Assembly (NCBI RefSeq): GCF_964355755.1 | Contig: NC_092674.1 | Span: forward strand, 15,066,001-15,130,000 | DNA length: 64,000 nt | Direction: 5' to 3' | From: Antedon mediterranea | Lineage: Eukaryota > Animalia > Echinodermata | Shown: positions 38,647-52,209 of the stretch, one piece after another | Layout of the letters: the number at the start of each line of letters is the position of its first letter | How positions within the stretch are numbered: position 1 is the stretch's first letter | The notes under the pieces: model-generated | Seen by the model: the letters and a program-made list of their open reading frames with translations, nothing else | Database searches by the model: none | What the model was told of the DNA's origin: nothing | Made by a program: the position numbers and the translations under genes

Positions 38647-40315
38647 GCCTATTTAATAAGACCATGAAGTTTCTGTGTGTATACTTTTATTCCGACCAAA
38701 ATGCATTGCAGACCCTTTTTAAGGTATGATGTGTTCGCCGAAAAAAACCAATTGAACACTATAAAATATTGCGTTCTGACGTCATAATACCATGTGACGT
38801 CACTCGTTACTCTGTAACAGCCCAAGCGTTCAATTACATTTTTCCGGTCTGCAATGCAAAATCTCTAACATCGCAGCCTGGAAAAATGTAATTGAACGCT
38901 TGGGCCGTTGCTGGGAAACTAAGAGATGTCACGTGATATTGTCAGAATGTGATACTCTATTGCCATGAAAATTAATTACGCAAAAGTACACTTTGCATAT
39001 TAAAAGTGTAGCATTAAAGCAAAAATTATTATAACATTATTTAATTGTTATAATAATGTTAATTATTACTTCAGGTTAGTAAAATCAACAATGGAGGGTA
39101 TGTGGTATACTTTCATAAAAACATTTTAAGGCCCATTTACACTATGACGATAACGATTGACGATAAATAGATAGGACAAAGGATTTTTCTTGTATGAAAC
39201 AAAAGAACTTTTCATTCTATAACTATAGGATAACCTTTTGGGGACCAATACATCTTTAACCAACAGACGACACAACATTTAAAATGTATGTGTCTCAACT
39301 ATTGTTTTCTGTAAAAAAAAAATCTAATTTTACAGCCTTTAATTTGTTTTTTTTGCAGTCTATACTGATCTACCCATGCGACTTATGCGATTTCGCTTGA
39401 ATGTGCCACATACATACATATTCCTAACAAAGTCATTGTTCCTTGCACCATGTTGGGCACGTCCCACTTGTTGCGTTTGCTGTAACTGAGCACAAATTCT
39501 AAATAAAAAAAACAAAATAATAATAATTAAAAAAAGCATTTTGAACTACATTTAAAACTAACTTTCTCAATTTTTTTTATTAAATAAAAAAGTCATAACA
39601 TTAATGAATTAAAAAACATTAACCAAAGTACATAGATATAAAGTTTCAATTGGCCAATTTATGTTACTTAAAAATTAGCAAGTTCAATTCAAATTTGTAT
39701 AATTATTAGGGAGACAATCTTTGCTTTTATAGTTAAAACTAGGCATTGACATTAATAGACAAAAAACACATATTATATATATATATATCAGATGTTTAAC
39801 CTATCTTTGAATTTAGAACAGATAAACCGCAAGAAAAGTTATGTTGTGTATTTACCTTTCAAACATAGTACCTTCTGCTTTTCCAGTGGTGGAAGTTGGT
39901 TGTCCACCTTTGCTTTCCTCATTCCCAGTCCAGTGGATTTCGCTAGAACTTGTGGCTTGAAGACGACCTTATATTAGATTTGTCAGCAAATGCCTGCCAC
40001 TATTACCACAGTTAGCAAGGCATTCAGACCACTCTTAATTTTGTATAAAGACCTGGTGGTTTGCCATCAAACGTTTTTGGCCGGTTGAGTCCTAACACAA
40101 AAATAACAAAGTAACAATGCAACAACAATTTGTTTTTGTCATCAGGCTAATAAACACATAACTGAACTGTAAGTTGTAAGTAATAAAAATGAAAACTGAC
40201 AAGTAAAATAGAAGATGGTCTGTGGTCAGATTCTCCATGTCATTTAATGTTTCTTCAGAAAGCACTGTAAGTAGGAAAAAACAGGATTAATAAATAAATA
40301 ATACATTGGCATTAA

Positions 40316-41121
40316 CCCTTCACTGCGGAGCATTATTCCCACCTCTGTGCGTAATGTATATTTAAGAAAAACATATGGTATTTTAATAAATTGCAAAAAA
40401 ATACTAATTGAGATAATTGTGTAATTATTTTTGTGGTGTGTGATGGGCAAAGGGTTAGTTTACAGTTAGGTATAAAAAAAAAAAGTAATTTGCATATTGA
40501 TGACGTCATGTGACGTCATTACAGGTATTTTGGATTTCGTGTTTTTTATCGAATCAATGATAAAAACTATATTTTCTATAAGAAATTCTGATGGAATACG
40601 TTTTTCCAACTGGATATTGATGAAGATACGTATAACAAATAAAAATATAAAAAAAAATTGAATTATTTTTATTGTTTTATAAAAATTATGCACAAATCAA
40701 AGTTTTGGGGCAAAATCGTGAAAATAATGACATTTTCCAAAAATTCACTATAGTACAAAACTAACTATTGTTTCAGCATTTTTTTTTTGCGTGTTGTGAT
40801 AAATACAATGTTGCCCTATTGGGGCTGGTAAATTTTGGTTACTTTCAAAATGGCCGCCATTACGCTACTCAAAACAACTTTCCAAGATAGAATACTATTA
40901 TATACACTATACATATAATATAACTATAGAGGGCGCATGATTTTCAAGACAATAATACAGCTATAGAGGGCCGTTTTTTTTGCTGGAAAAATTTTTTAAT
41001 GACTTGGAAAAATATTCAAGTTCATCGAACAAATATAGAGGGTGCTATATATTATAGGCAAATACGATTAAATCATTGTTTTGCCCATACCCGGTATTAC
41101 CGGGTATACGCACTGAAAGGG
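40316..41121. mobile_element. piggyBac-type MITE
   Basis: TTAA|CCCTTCACTGCG ... CGCACTGAAAGGG|TTAA. Confidence 0.75.
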
Positions 41122-41222
41122 TTAATAAACACAGTAAGTAGTAGACCATTCAGCTAGATATGGACAAGTAAAAGTAACCATTCTACTCAACATTGCTTTT
41201 AAAAAGTGATGACTATGTTGTC

Positions 41223-43105
41223 TACGGTGGCCCACAACTGTCACGCACACTATAACACAGAATCACACAATTAAAGAAGGAATCACACAATTAAAGAAGG
41301 AATCACACAATTAAAGAAGAAATCGCACAATCAAAGAAGAAATCGCATATAAACAAAAGAAAGCATGAAAATATAAAACGAAATGCACAAATAAAGAAGA
41401 GAAGCACAATTAAGAAGTCCGCAACAAATTCGAAAGCTCCTCGCACAATTAAAGAAGTCCGCAACAAATTCGAAAGCTCCTCGCACAATTAAAGAAGTCC
41501 GCAACAAATTCGAAAGCTCCTCGCACAATTAAAGAAGTCCGCAACAAATTCGAAAGTACCTCGCAAAATTACAGTAGTCTGTATGGAACGCCATTGCTGC
41601 CTCCGGCAGCAAACTTAATTCTATTCGGCTCTTTTACCATTACGTTCGGCTCTTTTAGCATTCGGCGCATTTCTATTCGGCCCATTTACCATTACGTTCG
41701 GCTCTTTCAGCTTTCGGTGCATTTCTATTTGGCCCATTTACCATTACGTTTGGCTCTTTCTGCATTACGTTCGGCTCTTATTGATTTGGCCCTTTTTTAT
41801 TCCGCTCTTTCTGCATTACGTTCGGCTCTTATTGATTTGGCCCTTTTTTATACGGCACAATTAAATTCTAACCTTTTACATGGGGTCAAATGGAAGAAAA
41901 TCAACGGCTGGAAATGAGTCTATGAGAAGTTTACAAAACATGTAGAGTGTTTGGTTGGTTGAATTAAATGAATTTGAAGGCTATTTCAATATGACTAATC
42001 ATGTTATTGACATGATTAATGTGTTAGAGAACTTGCAATTGTCCCACCTTATTGACCACTTTGAGAGAGAAAAGGTTTGATTTATGGCATAGGCTAGCTA
42101 GGCCTAGGCTAGTGTCAGCCTAACATTTAATAATAATAATTTACCCTTTCTCTCTCAAAATTTGTTAAAAGATGAATTAATTTTAGGTTATTCAACACAT
42201 CTTTAATCGGTTGGCTACTCATGGTTGGCGACATGATGATGAAATGTTTGTAAACATTTCATAGAATCATTTCCAGTCTTTGATTTTCTTCCATTTGACC
42301 CCATGTCAAAGGTTAGATTTTAATTGCGCCATATAAAAAAATGCCGATTTAAAAAGAGCCCAACGTAATGCAGAAAGAGCCGAATTTAAAAGGGCCTAAT
42401 CAAAAAGAGCCGAACGCAATGGTAAATGGGCCGAATAAAAAAGAGCCGAATGCTGAAAGAGCCGAACGTAATGGTAAATGGGCCAAATAGAAATGCGCCG
42501 AATGCTGAAAGAGCCGAACGTAATGGTAAATGGGCCGAATAAAAAAGAGCCGAATGCTGAAAGAGCCGAACGTAATGGTAAATGGGCCAAATAGAAATGC
42601 GCCGAATGCTGAAAGAGCCGAACGTAATGGTAAATGGGCCGAATAGCGGCGAATGGTAAAAGAGCCGAACGTAATAGAATTAAAGCTTGCTGCCGGAGGC
42701 AGCGATGGCTTTCCATACGGACTACTGTACTTTAATTGTGCGAGGAACATTCAAATTTGTTGCGGACTTCTTTAATTGTGCGAGGAGCTTTCGAATTTGT
42801 TGCGAACTTCTTTAATTGTGCGAGGTACTTTCGAATTTGTTGCGGACTTCTTTAATTGTGCGAGGAGCTTTTGATTTTGTTGCGAACTTCTTAAATTGTG
42901 CGAGGAGCTTTCGAATTTGTTGCGGACTTCTTTAATTGTACTTAGCTCTTCTTTAATTGCGCGTTTTTCTTTATTTGTGTCTTTATTTCGTTTTATATTT
43001 TCATGCTTTCTTTTGTTTGCGATTTCCTTCTTTAATTGTGTGATTTCTTCTTTAATTGTGTGAATATGATTTATATAGTGTGCGTGACAGTTGTGGGCCA
43101 CCGTA
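41223..43105. mobile_element. IS3EU-like foldback non-autonomous element
   Basis: TACGGTGGCCCACAACTGTCACGCACACTATA TIR, 6-bp TSD GTTGTC (41217-41222, 43106-43111); inverted symmetry with internal tandem arrays extends nearly to the centre (~42080-42140). Confidence 0.85.
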
Positions 43106-43200
43106 GTTGTCAAATACTGGTATTATTCAATTCAAGTAGTATACTTCTTTATGGATGGACACAGGAAAAAGTAGCACCACTCTACTTTACATTACTAAAA

Positions 43201-46200
43201 CTAGATGGCACGCTCGCTTCGCTCGCGTACCATCTAGGGGTGCTCACAGATGGTTCTCGAATACAGTAGAATCCACGGACGGGGACTTTTTTGGGACACT
43301 AAACAAAAACGGAAGTGTCCCCCTAATTGGGGTATTCAGAAATAGAGACAACAAAACCAATACTGGATTCCATAAAGGACAATTAATTTATGTGGATTAA
43401 AGAAATTAGGGAGAAATGGAAATGTATGTACGGGAATTGGGCGGCGGCACGTGGTGGTGGTGATGGAACCGCAGTAATAAAGTTGATTGTATTTATATAT
43501 TATAAGAACCAAACTAAATAAATAGACCTAGACATTCTGCGAAATGGAAATCGGAAATTCAAGCTCCTATTCAGTGAAAAATTTAACTGTAGTCTACCTA
43601 AATATTTAGGGCAAATCATCGGTTGTGGTGTTGAACTTCCTGTAAACATTTGTGTGAACCAAACTGGGTCGAATTTCTGTCATGAGTACTGATTTGTTGG
43701 CCTGTGATTTATGACGCCTAAGGGATCTATCTAGACTTATTTTTTAGAATAATGTACGTACCTGTCAGATACAATTGTCTTGTGTCGTATAATAAATAAG
43801 TACTGTAATAGTTACTGAAGTTACTATTACAATCTCGTCAATGAAAACACGAAAATGTATATGCACTTACTTATGAAAACGTATACAGTATTATACTCAG
43901 TTATTGAAACAGTAGGTTTAAAAAAGTTTCGTTTGTCTGTAAAATGATGTAATCAAGCTGTTTACATGAGTCTTAATTTATAAGCACATCAATAATAAAA
44001 TAGTTTATCTATCCTGTAATTGGCGAGATTATGGTTGCTGTTGAATGAAATAAAGCCAATCGGTATCATATTTGTACAGAAACGTTTTCGCGGCCGAAGG
44101 GTGTAACCTAAATTCGTTGTATTATCGTCAAGAACTAACTGTAACTAAACTTACATAGAAAGTAGGGTATCATAAATTTGGCCTTAGCACTCGGGGGAGT
44201 GGCTAAGATGAAGTCCGTGGGACTACTAAATATAAATTGTAATGAACCTCGAGGGACATAAATAGGAATATTTCATGTTTCATTATCAATGTATAATAAA
44301 TGGAAACTGTTTACCGATTCAAATAATAGAAATTGGTTTTTAACATTTTCCGAACCTATTGCAAGTTTATTCTCAAAGGGCCCATATACCTACTGTATGT
44401 GTTAAACCAAGGGCTCATAAATTTACCTACAGTACTTGTGTTAAACCAAACTGGATGTTCCATTCATCGCAAATCAATACATTTGTATAATCGTATATTA
44501 AATCTATCAAAATAGTATTTTTTAAAGAAAATCGGCCTGTCTTCAACATTATGATGGTGTACTCTAGCAATCTATCAAAATAGTATTTTTTTAAGAAAAT
44601 CGGCTTGTCTTCAACATTATGATGGTGTACTCTAGCTGTTCAACCGGTTTTCAGCTATTAAAAACAATTATCGTAGGAGGAGATAGGAAAATGCGAAGCC
44701 TCCTCGCTATGTAACATTAGGGTTGAGGGATGGGAAAGCGGATAGGTACAAAGAGGAACAATTTTTAAATATATTCTTTATCCACTGAGCAGGGATGTCA
44801 CCAGCTTTTTGGAGTGCCGGTCGGCAAATTTCCCCCGGGGGGGGGGGGGGGGTACCCCGGGTTTCCCCCCCCCCCCCCCGGGTTTTTCGTTATTTCATAA
44901 AGAATTATGAAAATAAATAACAACAAATTGCGTCAGGTCTAGGCCTAACCTTGTACCACCGGGGAGTCGCCGTTATTATTCGCGAAAACAAAAAAAAACG
45001 CTCGCGAAATGAATAGCAATAGATCGCGTCAGGCTTAGGCCTAGCCTTGTAGACACTACGACCACTAGGCCTAGCCAAGGCTTAGATAGATGCCCCAAAA
45101 CCCAAAATCTGAATTCCACAAAAACGGGCGCTTCTTTATTTAGGCCTAATCCCTAATCAAATAATGTAGATAAATTATTAGCCTAGACCTTACTACTTGT
45201 TGCTCGATATAATGTTCGTGTTCTTTTGCGCGAGAGTTTTTTAGCGTATTCGCGAATTCCGGATTTTTTGTTTCACAACTGTGCGGCAAGCATGTATGTA
45301 GTGCATGGCCGGCAAGAACAGAGACACGTGTTTATGGGTTAACTGAAGTTCAGCAACCTGAAGTTATCCCAGGGACGTGTAATTGTACCATGCTCGGCAA
45401 TCATAAACGAACGAACTTGCCCGGTCTCACTGAACCATGCGCATGTTTTTTTATTTTTTGTAATAGTTCGTAGAGTACAAAAATGTAAAACTAGTAACAT
45501 AATATAATTAAAGCAGGGTGACAAAACATTCAGCAATTAAAAATGATTTTGTTTGGGTCTATGTAGTTGTACATTTTTAATTACTGCGTACTTGTTTGTA
45601 TTTTTAATCTGTGCAAAATAAAACGCTTGAATGGTCGCTATGTGAACTTTAAACTTGTACACTGTGCTGTGTAGCACGTTGTTCGCCATGACTCACAAGC
45701 TGTAACAATGAATACCAGGGCATGGTAGGCCTGGTATTGTGTTACAAATAAAGTAACGTACGTAACCACGGAAACATTTGCTGTAGTCTTTTGTCTTATC
45801 TATATGAGGCTAGCTTGTCTGTTATTAACGATGTGCTAGGTAAAATGTTTTAGTACGAATTTTAGTTAGGCCTAGGCCTAATATAAATATCGTAATGATT
45901 AATAAATAATAGTGGTGGTCGGCAGCCTGTAAATCCTGGTCGGAAATGTTGAGTGCTGGTCGGGGCCGACCAGCGCCGACCAGCGTGGTGACATCCCTGA
46001 CTGAGTAACGAAATATTTTGTTCATGTTTTATAGGCCTATAAATAATATACCTCTAAATACAGTAGGCCTAAAACATTTGCGATTTAATACTTTGTTAAA
46101 ACTGTCACTGTCATAATCGATTGAAATATTAAAGTACATGTCACGATACACCACTACGACGTTTATATTTTTGGTAATTATTAATTAATACAAACGTTGA

Positions 46201-46958
46201 GAAGGAACTGTCAGTATAAAGTTTATTTGTATATCTAACAGTAGAGCCTATCCACAGTCTCAGTAATAAAGTTTATTTGTATATATTTTTATATTACATC
46301 TAACAGTACGAACATTCACAGTAAGAAATGTTCGATTCAAATGAAAAATAGTTAATAGGTATTTACAGTATTGTCAAAGTATTGCAAGTTTATTCTCAAA
46401 GGGCCCATATATTTACCTACCGTATGTGTTAAACCAAGGGCTCATAAATTTACCTACAGTACTTGTGTTAAACCAAACTCTGGCAGACTGAGAGATTGGG
46501 ATGTTCCATTCATCGCAAATCAATACATTTGTATAATCGTATATTAAATCTATCAAAATAGTATTTTTTAAAGAAAATCGGCCTGTCTTCAACATTATGA
46601 TGGTGTACTCTAGCTGTTCAACCGGTTTTCAGCTATTAAAAACAATTATCGTAGGAGGAGATAGAAAAATGCGAAGCCTCCTCGCATTTTTTTGGCGGGT
46701 ATTTTTCAAGATGGACATCCATTAGACGTGTATACCACGATCGGAAAACACCCCTATTTGGGGCAAATCTTTGAACCTAAATTCGTTTTAATCGTCAATA
46801 ACTAATTATCTAACTCAATTTAATTAGTAAACAGGGTTACATCAGGCGGTTAAAATCAGTACCGAAAGTACGAACCAACTTTACATACCATCGAGTGAAA
46901 ATTCTAGAAGTAAGGCTCGATTTACCGAATTTTGCCCTTACGTAAATTTATATATAGA
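43201..46958 (-). mobile_element. Non-autonomous Helitron
   Basis: Minus strand starts TCTATATATA (46958) and ends with a GC-rich hairpin plus CTAG (43201), inserted between A and T with no TSD; internal duplication 44359-44706 / 46381-46685. Confidence 0.75.
44790..45999. mobile_element. hAT-like MITE with 6-bp TSD
   Basis: TIR CAGGGATGTCACCA; perfect TSD ACTGAG (44784-44789, 46000-46005); subterminal GTCGG/CCGAC motifs. Confidence 0.9.
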
Positions 46959-48339
46959 TGACTGCAGCGATTGTCAGGGTGAACTTTAGAGCTTTATATA
47001 AATATAGTGAAAAATGTTAATAATTGTCATTCATTTAATATTCAACTTTAAAGTTAGTACATACCTAATTCAGTTTGTTGCCCAGTTTTGTAACACAGTT
47101 TTGTATTATCTATCAACTGTCTACTTATAATAGATAGACAACAGCTAAACCTAGTATAACGAATTTCGATAATCGACCAGTCCTACTCCTGTATGGGAGC
47201 CGATTGGCTGGTAAAAATAGATGGGGAACAGCTACGCGATGGCCATGATTCGTCCATGATTCGCCCAATGTAGTTAGTCTTAGCTCGGGTTTCAAATAAG
47301 TTAGACATGTTTTGGAAGTCAGTAGAAATATAGTTGGGATATCGGTACGGTGGAAGGTAGGACCTGTAGTAATTCTATAATTGTGGATTATAGTGGAGCT
47401 CAGCAGTGTTCCGAGACGCCCAGTAGGGGGCAGGCCTAATTAATTACCGATACCCGGTGGTAGAAGCGGCTGGGAGGCTCGCCGTAGGACCGTTTACTGT
47501 ACTTATTTGTTTCTTGATTTATGGTAGAGGTTGCTCAAGGTACTCAAATTTAAAATGCAGGAGCTTATGTTCAAGCTAGAAAATAATATGCTTTGAACAA
47601 ACTTTATGATTTTTGCCTTAAAAAAAAGTAATTTTGATTTCACAATATTTATTCACTTGAACCAAAGATGTAATAATTTATTTTTTCCTTTTACAGTATA
47701 AGCGAAATCATTACCTTTGGATTTTTTTTTTTGTGGAACTGAAGTGAATATTTTTAATTTTTAAAAAGCCTATTCAAAATTTGATTATATTAATCTTTTA
47801 AATACTGTATTGTATGTTTTGAGAGGCATTGCATCTTTAAATTTAATTAGGATAGTACAATAAGGCTATTATTAATTATAAATTTATTCGAATGGTTGAA
47901 TAGCTGTGTTCAAGTTTGTGCAATAAGTCTGTAATATAACTAATTTGTATTAAATACTAATTGCTAATGCTAATGTTTATTAAGTGATAGGCCTTGGCCC
48001 TAATAATACCAATATTATGGTTGTGTTGAATTTCAGTATTAAATCAAGTGCATTATTTCCATGGTTCTTCTACATAATAGTAGGCCTACTAATTATTTAG
48101 GCCTACAGTATAATAGTAGAAGTAGTAAGCGTAGTAGGCCTAGCTAGGCGTAGCCTGGGTGGAACAGACAGAGGCTTAGTAGTAGTAGTAATCCGGAAAA
48201 GTTAGTTATCCTGTGCCTACTAGAGGCCGTGCCTACTAGAGGCCTAGCCTAGGCCCAACCCCAGAGCTAGGCTATCTGTAGAGCCTTTCAAGGCTAGACC
48301 AGGATTTAGTATTCTCGTTTAAAAGACAGCATAGCCTAC

Positions 48340-48641
48340 CTTAAACAAACAGCCAGGTGTTCGGCAGGTCCGACGGGTTCTCTCCAGTTGGTTGTTTCTT
48401 GGTCATTTATTCAAGATAAGATGTTGGCAAATTGGAATTTTAACATGTGAAAGTACGAATAAAACCGATCTTGGTCGGTGTTTAGTTCCACTACTAGCCT
48501 GTGGAATTCACCCAATTCTTTTCTCTTTTTTAGTGTGTCGTGTATCCACATATCTCTTTTTCTTTTTCGGGACCTTCTCCGGATAAGTATGAGGCACAGC
48601 AGACCGTTTTCTTCTTTTTTAACCTCAATGATTAAAAACAT
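48340..48641 (-). pseudogene. Harbinger/PIF transposase first exon
   Basis: RKRDMWIHDTLKKRKELGEFHRLVVELNTDQDRFYSYFHM..FQFANILS*I...TNWREPVGPAEHLAVCLR then GT donor. Confidence 0.85.
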
Positions 48642-49702
48642 GTTCTGTCGTCAAAAGTTAAATGTGTAGCCTAGTGACCACAATACACTGTATCATCGAC
48701 CACACACGCACCACCTCCCTTCTTCCCAGACGGTTCGTGTAAATTGGCCTTAAAGGAGAATACACTTTGATTCTTTCCTTCTATCTGATTTATTAGTTTC
48801 GTATTGTACTCCTGCATCAAATCATTATACAAATCATTTCAAGTACAAGAATTCAAGCCCTGCAAAATATGAATAAACAAATAACAAACACTGTATCTAA
48901 CAGTCAATTATACATTCAGGGGTGCTGTTTGTATTTTCGTGTGTAGAAGTTTACCAAATTATTTGTTGTAAATCGCACTCCTCAATTACATGGCCTGGTA
49001 CCAATCCAACAACGAACAATCACAATATAATAGTACCTCAAGTGCCACCTGTATTCCAATTACAGAATGACTACAGCAGCGCCCTTAATACTCAATTAAA
49101 TCCAATTCATTACAATTACAATGTCAATTTTTTGACGAAACGAAAGAAACATGAACATAATTCTATATTAAAGTAACATTTTAAGCATTAATGTTATATG
49201 TTATTTCATAAACCCTTTTTATAAATATATATATATATCCTGGTCTAAACGGCAATAGTCATTTCCATCTAAATACATACAGTAATCATTCAAGCGTAAC
49301 ATGAGCAAACCATGCAGGCCGTGCTCGCTGCTTGATACATGACAGTGAGTTCTGTGTGTAGGTCTACGTATTTGTACAAAATCAACACAAACCAATTCTT
49401 TATTAAAACAATAATAAAGACATAATAAAGACAGTAGAACCGTTCTCCAACCATATCATTGACAGGGGTTTGAGGCTCACTTGCTTTATTGTTGTGATGG
49501 TAGAACGAGTCGTCTTGTTAATTTTGAGGGCTGTAGATCACCAGTGTATCTCGTAAATTTTAACCCCAAAAAAAATGTTGATTTGTATTCTTTACATGTT
49601 TATTTTTTCATATTGAGGTATGCTTTATATTGTCTTAACCTTTTCATTATTCTGTATACAGGAAGTATTGAAAGATTCAAATTCTGATAAATGCGAAGAT
49701 GA

Positions 49703-50074
49703 AAATGTTGTTCAAATTGAACAAAAAAGTACAAACTTCTTTGAAATCCTTTATATTTTAATACTATTAAAGATGTAAGCAAACGCAAGTACATGCATTT
49801 TTTAAACCATTGTTAAACATCAATCTTTTCGGTAAGGTTTGAAACTTAAAGTACACCTAACAAACTGAATAGTAATGTAAAGTATCATTAGTACATATTT
49901 TACTATGATTGTAATGTATGCAATATTTTAATAGTTATTTATACCTTTTTTAAAACTATTTCACTTGGCTCCGGTTGCGGCTATAGCACTTGGGTTGTTG
50001 TGTTCCAGGCTTGCGGCTATGCCACTTGGTTGGCTGGGTTCCGGGCTTCCAAGTTCTGTTGCCTGTAATAAAGC
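49703..50074. repeat. Dispersed repeat, paralog of 33408-33669 + 35812-35925
   Basis: Colinear high similarity (AAATGTTGTTCAAATTGAAC ... CAAGTTCTGTTGCCTGTAATAAAGC). Confidence 0.9.
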
Positions 50075-50559
50075 TAAATCATCTCATCCTCAGGAAAATC
50101 ATCAATTTTTATGGATTGTTGTGATTCAGAGTCTAGAGAGGGAGGGGTTAATATTGCGGATGAAGTGGATAGGCTAGTAAACGGTGTGGTTGGTATATTC
50201 TCTGTTTTAATATACTTCGTGGGTGTAGTATGCATAGATGAGGTTTGAGATACTGTCCTCTTTTTAGAATTTTTGTAGTTGTAGCGAGTTGTTTTTTTAA
50301 GGTGTACGTCAGTTAAATTTATAATTGTTGACAGTTTGTTGTTGACATTTTGTCTAAAGCCGTCAATAGCTTCGTAGCTGTGCATGTTGTTGCCGGTACT
50401 TGTCACTTGCATATACAAGTTCTCTTCCGGACATGTACTGAAGTTGTTGTATTTTCGTTACGATGAGTGTAGCCTGACAATAATTGATGACATCTGAAAA
50501 ATTATATATATTATATAAATTAACATGGTAGAGTAATCATGTGCATTATTATTATAATA

Positions 50560-50632
50560 TTAATAATAATAATAAACAGTATTTATATAGCGCCTAATTG
50601 ATCACTGACCCCTCTAGGTGCTTTACATAGGA
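50560..50632 (-). mobile_element. L2/SINE-type 3' tail
   Basis: Minus strand GCGCTATATAAATACTGTTTATTATTATT, a common L2-type 3' end. Confidence 0.5.
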
Positions 50633-52030
50633 CCTTAACTAATGGTAATAAACTATCCCCCGTCGGACACCATTCCGGTATTTCTTAGTCGAGGTTTCGG
50701 GGATGGAGACAATCAATAATGTGAAGAAAAAAAAAATATAACTAAGCTTAACTATGCTTAACTAAGGTAAAGCTAAAACCCGACGGACCGTTTATCATTC
50801 AGGCCTCTGGGCCTAGTTTAGTGAAGTTATCTTAAACGGTCGCTGAATAACGAACGTTGTGTGTGATCAACATGGAGTAGAGCGCTCTCAACGTTTGAAT
50901 ACAACAAAACTTTATTCACAAAAAACACAGAGGGCTCTCTCTATATTGTACTATTCTGTTTATCGTGTCACGATATCGCGAGAAGTATATCGCGAACACG
51001 GAGACGGCGATGCGGTCGTCGACCTCTCTGCGCGTGACAGAAGATCGTCAGAGGAGGAGGAAGAGGTGGTGACGCGCGCTTTTATTATATAATATGGAAT
51101 GTGAAATTAATTGCGCGTTTCGATATTTTTCGAGCCTCTTTGGTTGCGTATACAGTGTGTCTTGTGGTTATTAGCGGCCTTTCTTCATACCCTCTTCATC
51201 GTGATACAAGTCTTGATAGCAGCTATAATCATGGCACTCCTCCTTCTGAAGGAAAGACACAGATATTTTGTAAATATTCAAAATTGGTTGATTAAAAAAT
51301 TCAAACTGGGCTGCTGGAAAAAGTGTTGAACTCGAGGTTAAAACGGTCTTAGCTTAGTTAAGAATGTTTTATAGCTATCCGTCCCAGAACAATAATCCAT
51401 ACAAACTTAATACAAACATAGGAGAACAGGTAAACTTGTGAAATAGTGTACAGTACACCAGTGTGTTGAAAAGAAAGGAAAGTAGTAGACAGAGCTATTT
51501 AAGGTAGATTAATACTAACAAATTAAAGTTCAATATGCTTTGTTTGTTTATTATAAAAATATTGCATAAAAAATATAATTGTGGCTTTTTTTAAATGTTC
51601 AGCTGAGTATCACCAATGATGAAATTCACCAAACATTTAAATTAGTTTATTACATATTTTCATAGAAGAATTAAAGCTCTAAAATAATACAAATATTTAT
51701 ATAACCAGAAGAAGCTATTTAGTTATAAAAACAATCATGAACAAAGCTATATACTGTTAAGTTGCTACTTTCTCTGAAGAACAGTAGAAAGTATATCTGC
51801 AATAATAGTTTGTTTTAAGTTGCAGACCTTTAAATGCATGACTGAGAGTCTATTTTAGAAATATTTTCATTCAAGCTACATATATATTTTGGTATCAATC
51901 TACCCTAAATTAAAATGATGCTTTGACAAGAAAATTGTCAGATCTAGTAATATAAGAATATGTTTTTAATCCTAGTTTACCGGATGACTCAAATACCGGT
52001 ATATAAAAATAGAATGCAAAAACTGCCTAA

Positions 52031-52209
52031 AGCGTGGTTCCCACTAGCGACGCAACACAAGGGCGTAACGCAACGCAAGTGAATTGACCAATCACAAGCG
52101 ATGGCTTATTCGCTTGTGATTGGTAACTGTCTATAACTTCGCTTGTCATTGGTTAAAACGCTTGCGTTGCGTTTACGTCCTTGCGTTACGTTCTAGTGGG
52201 AACCAAGCT
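52031..52209. mobile_element. Tourist/Harbinger-type MITE
   Basis: TIR AGCKTGGTTCCCACTAG, palindromic body, TAA TSD on both sides. Confidence 0.9.

Larger units (their letters stand above)
39129..48750 (-). mobile_element. Possible Harbinger element hosting several younger inserts
   Basis: AGGCCCATTTACAC at 39129 and GTGTAAATTGGCCT ending 48750; transposase 5' exon near right end; flanks TTA/TAA do not match exactly. Confidence 0.4.

Noticed and set aside
42396-43113. ORFs of 106-116 aa
   Set aside because: Products of tandem repeats in the foldback element arms.
50074-50480. Second hammerhead / Penelope terminal repeat and 114-aa ORF
   Set aside because: A CUGAGGA box is present on the minus strand near 50090 but no matching GAAA and stems; ORF has no recognisable motif.
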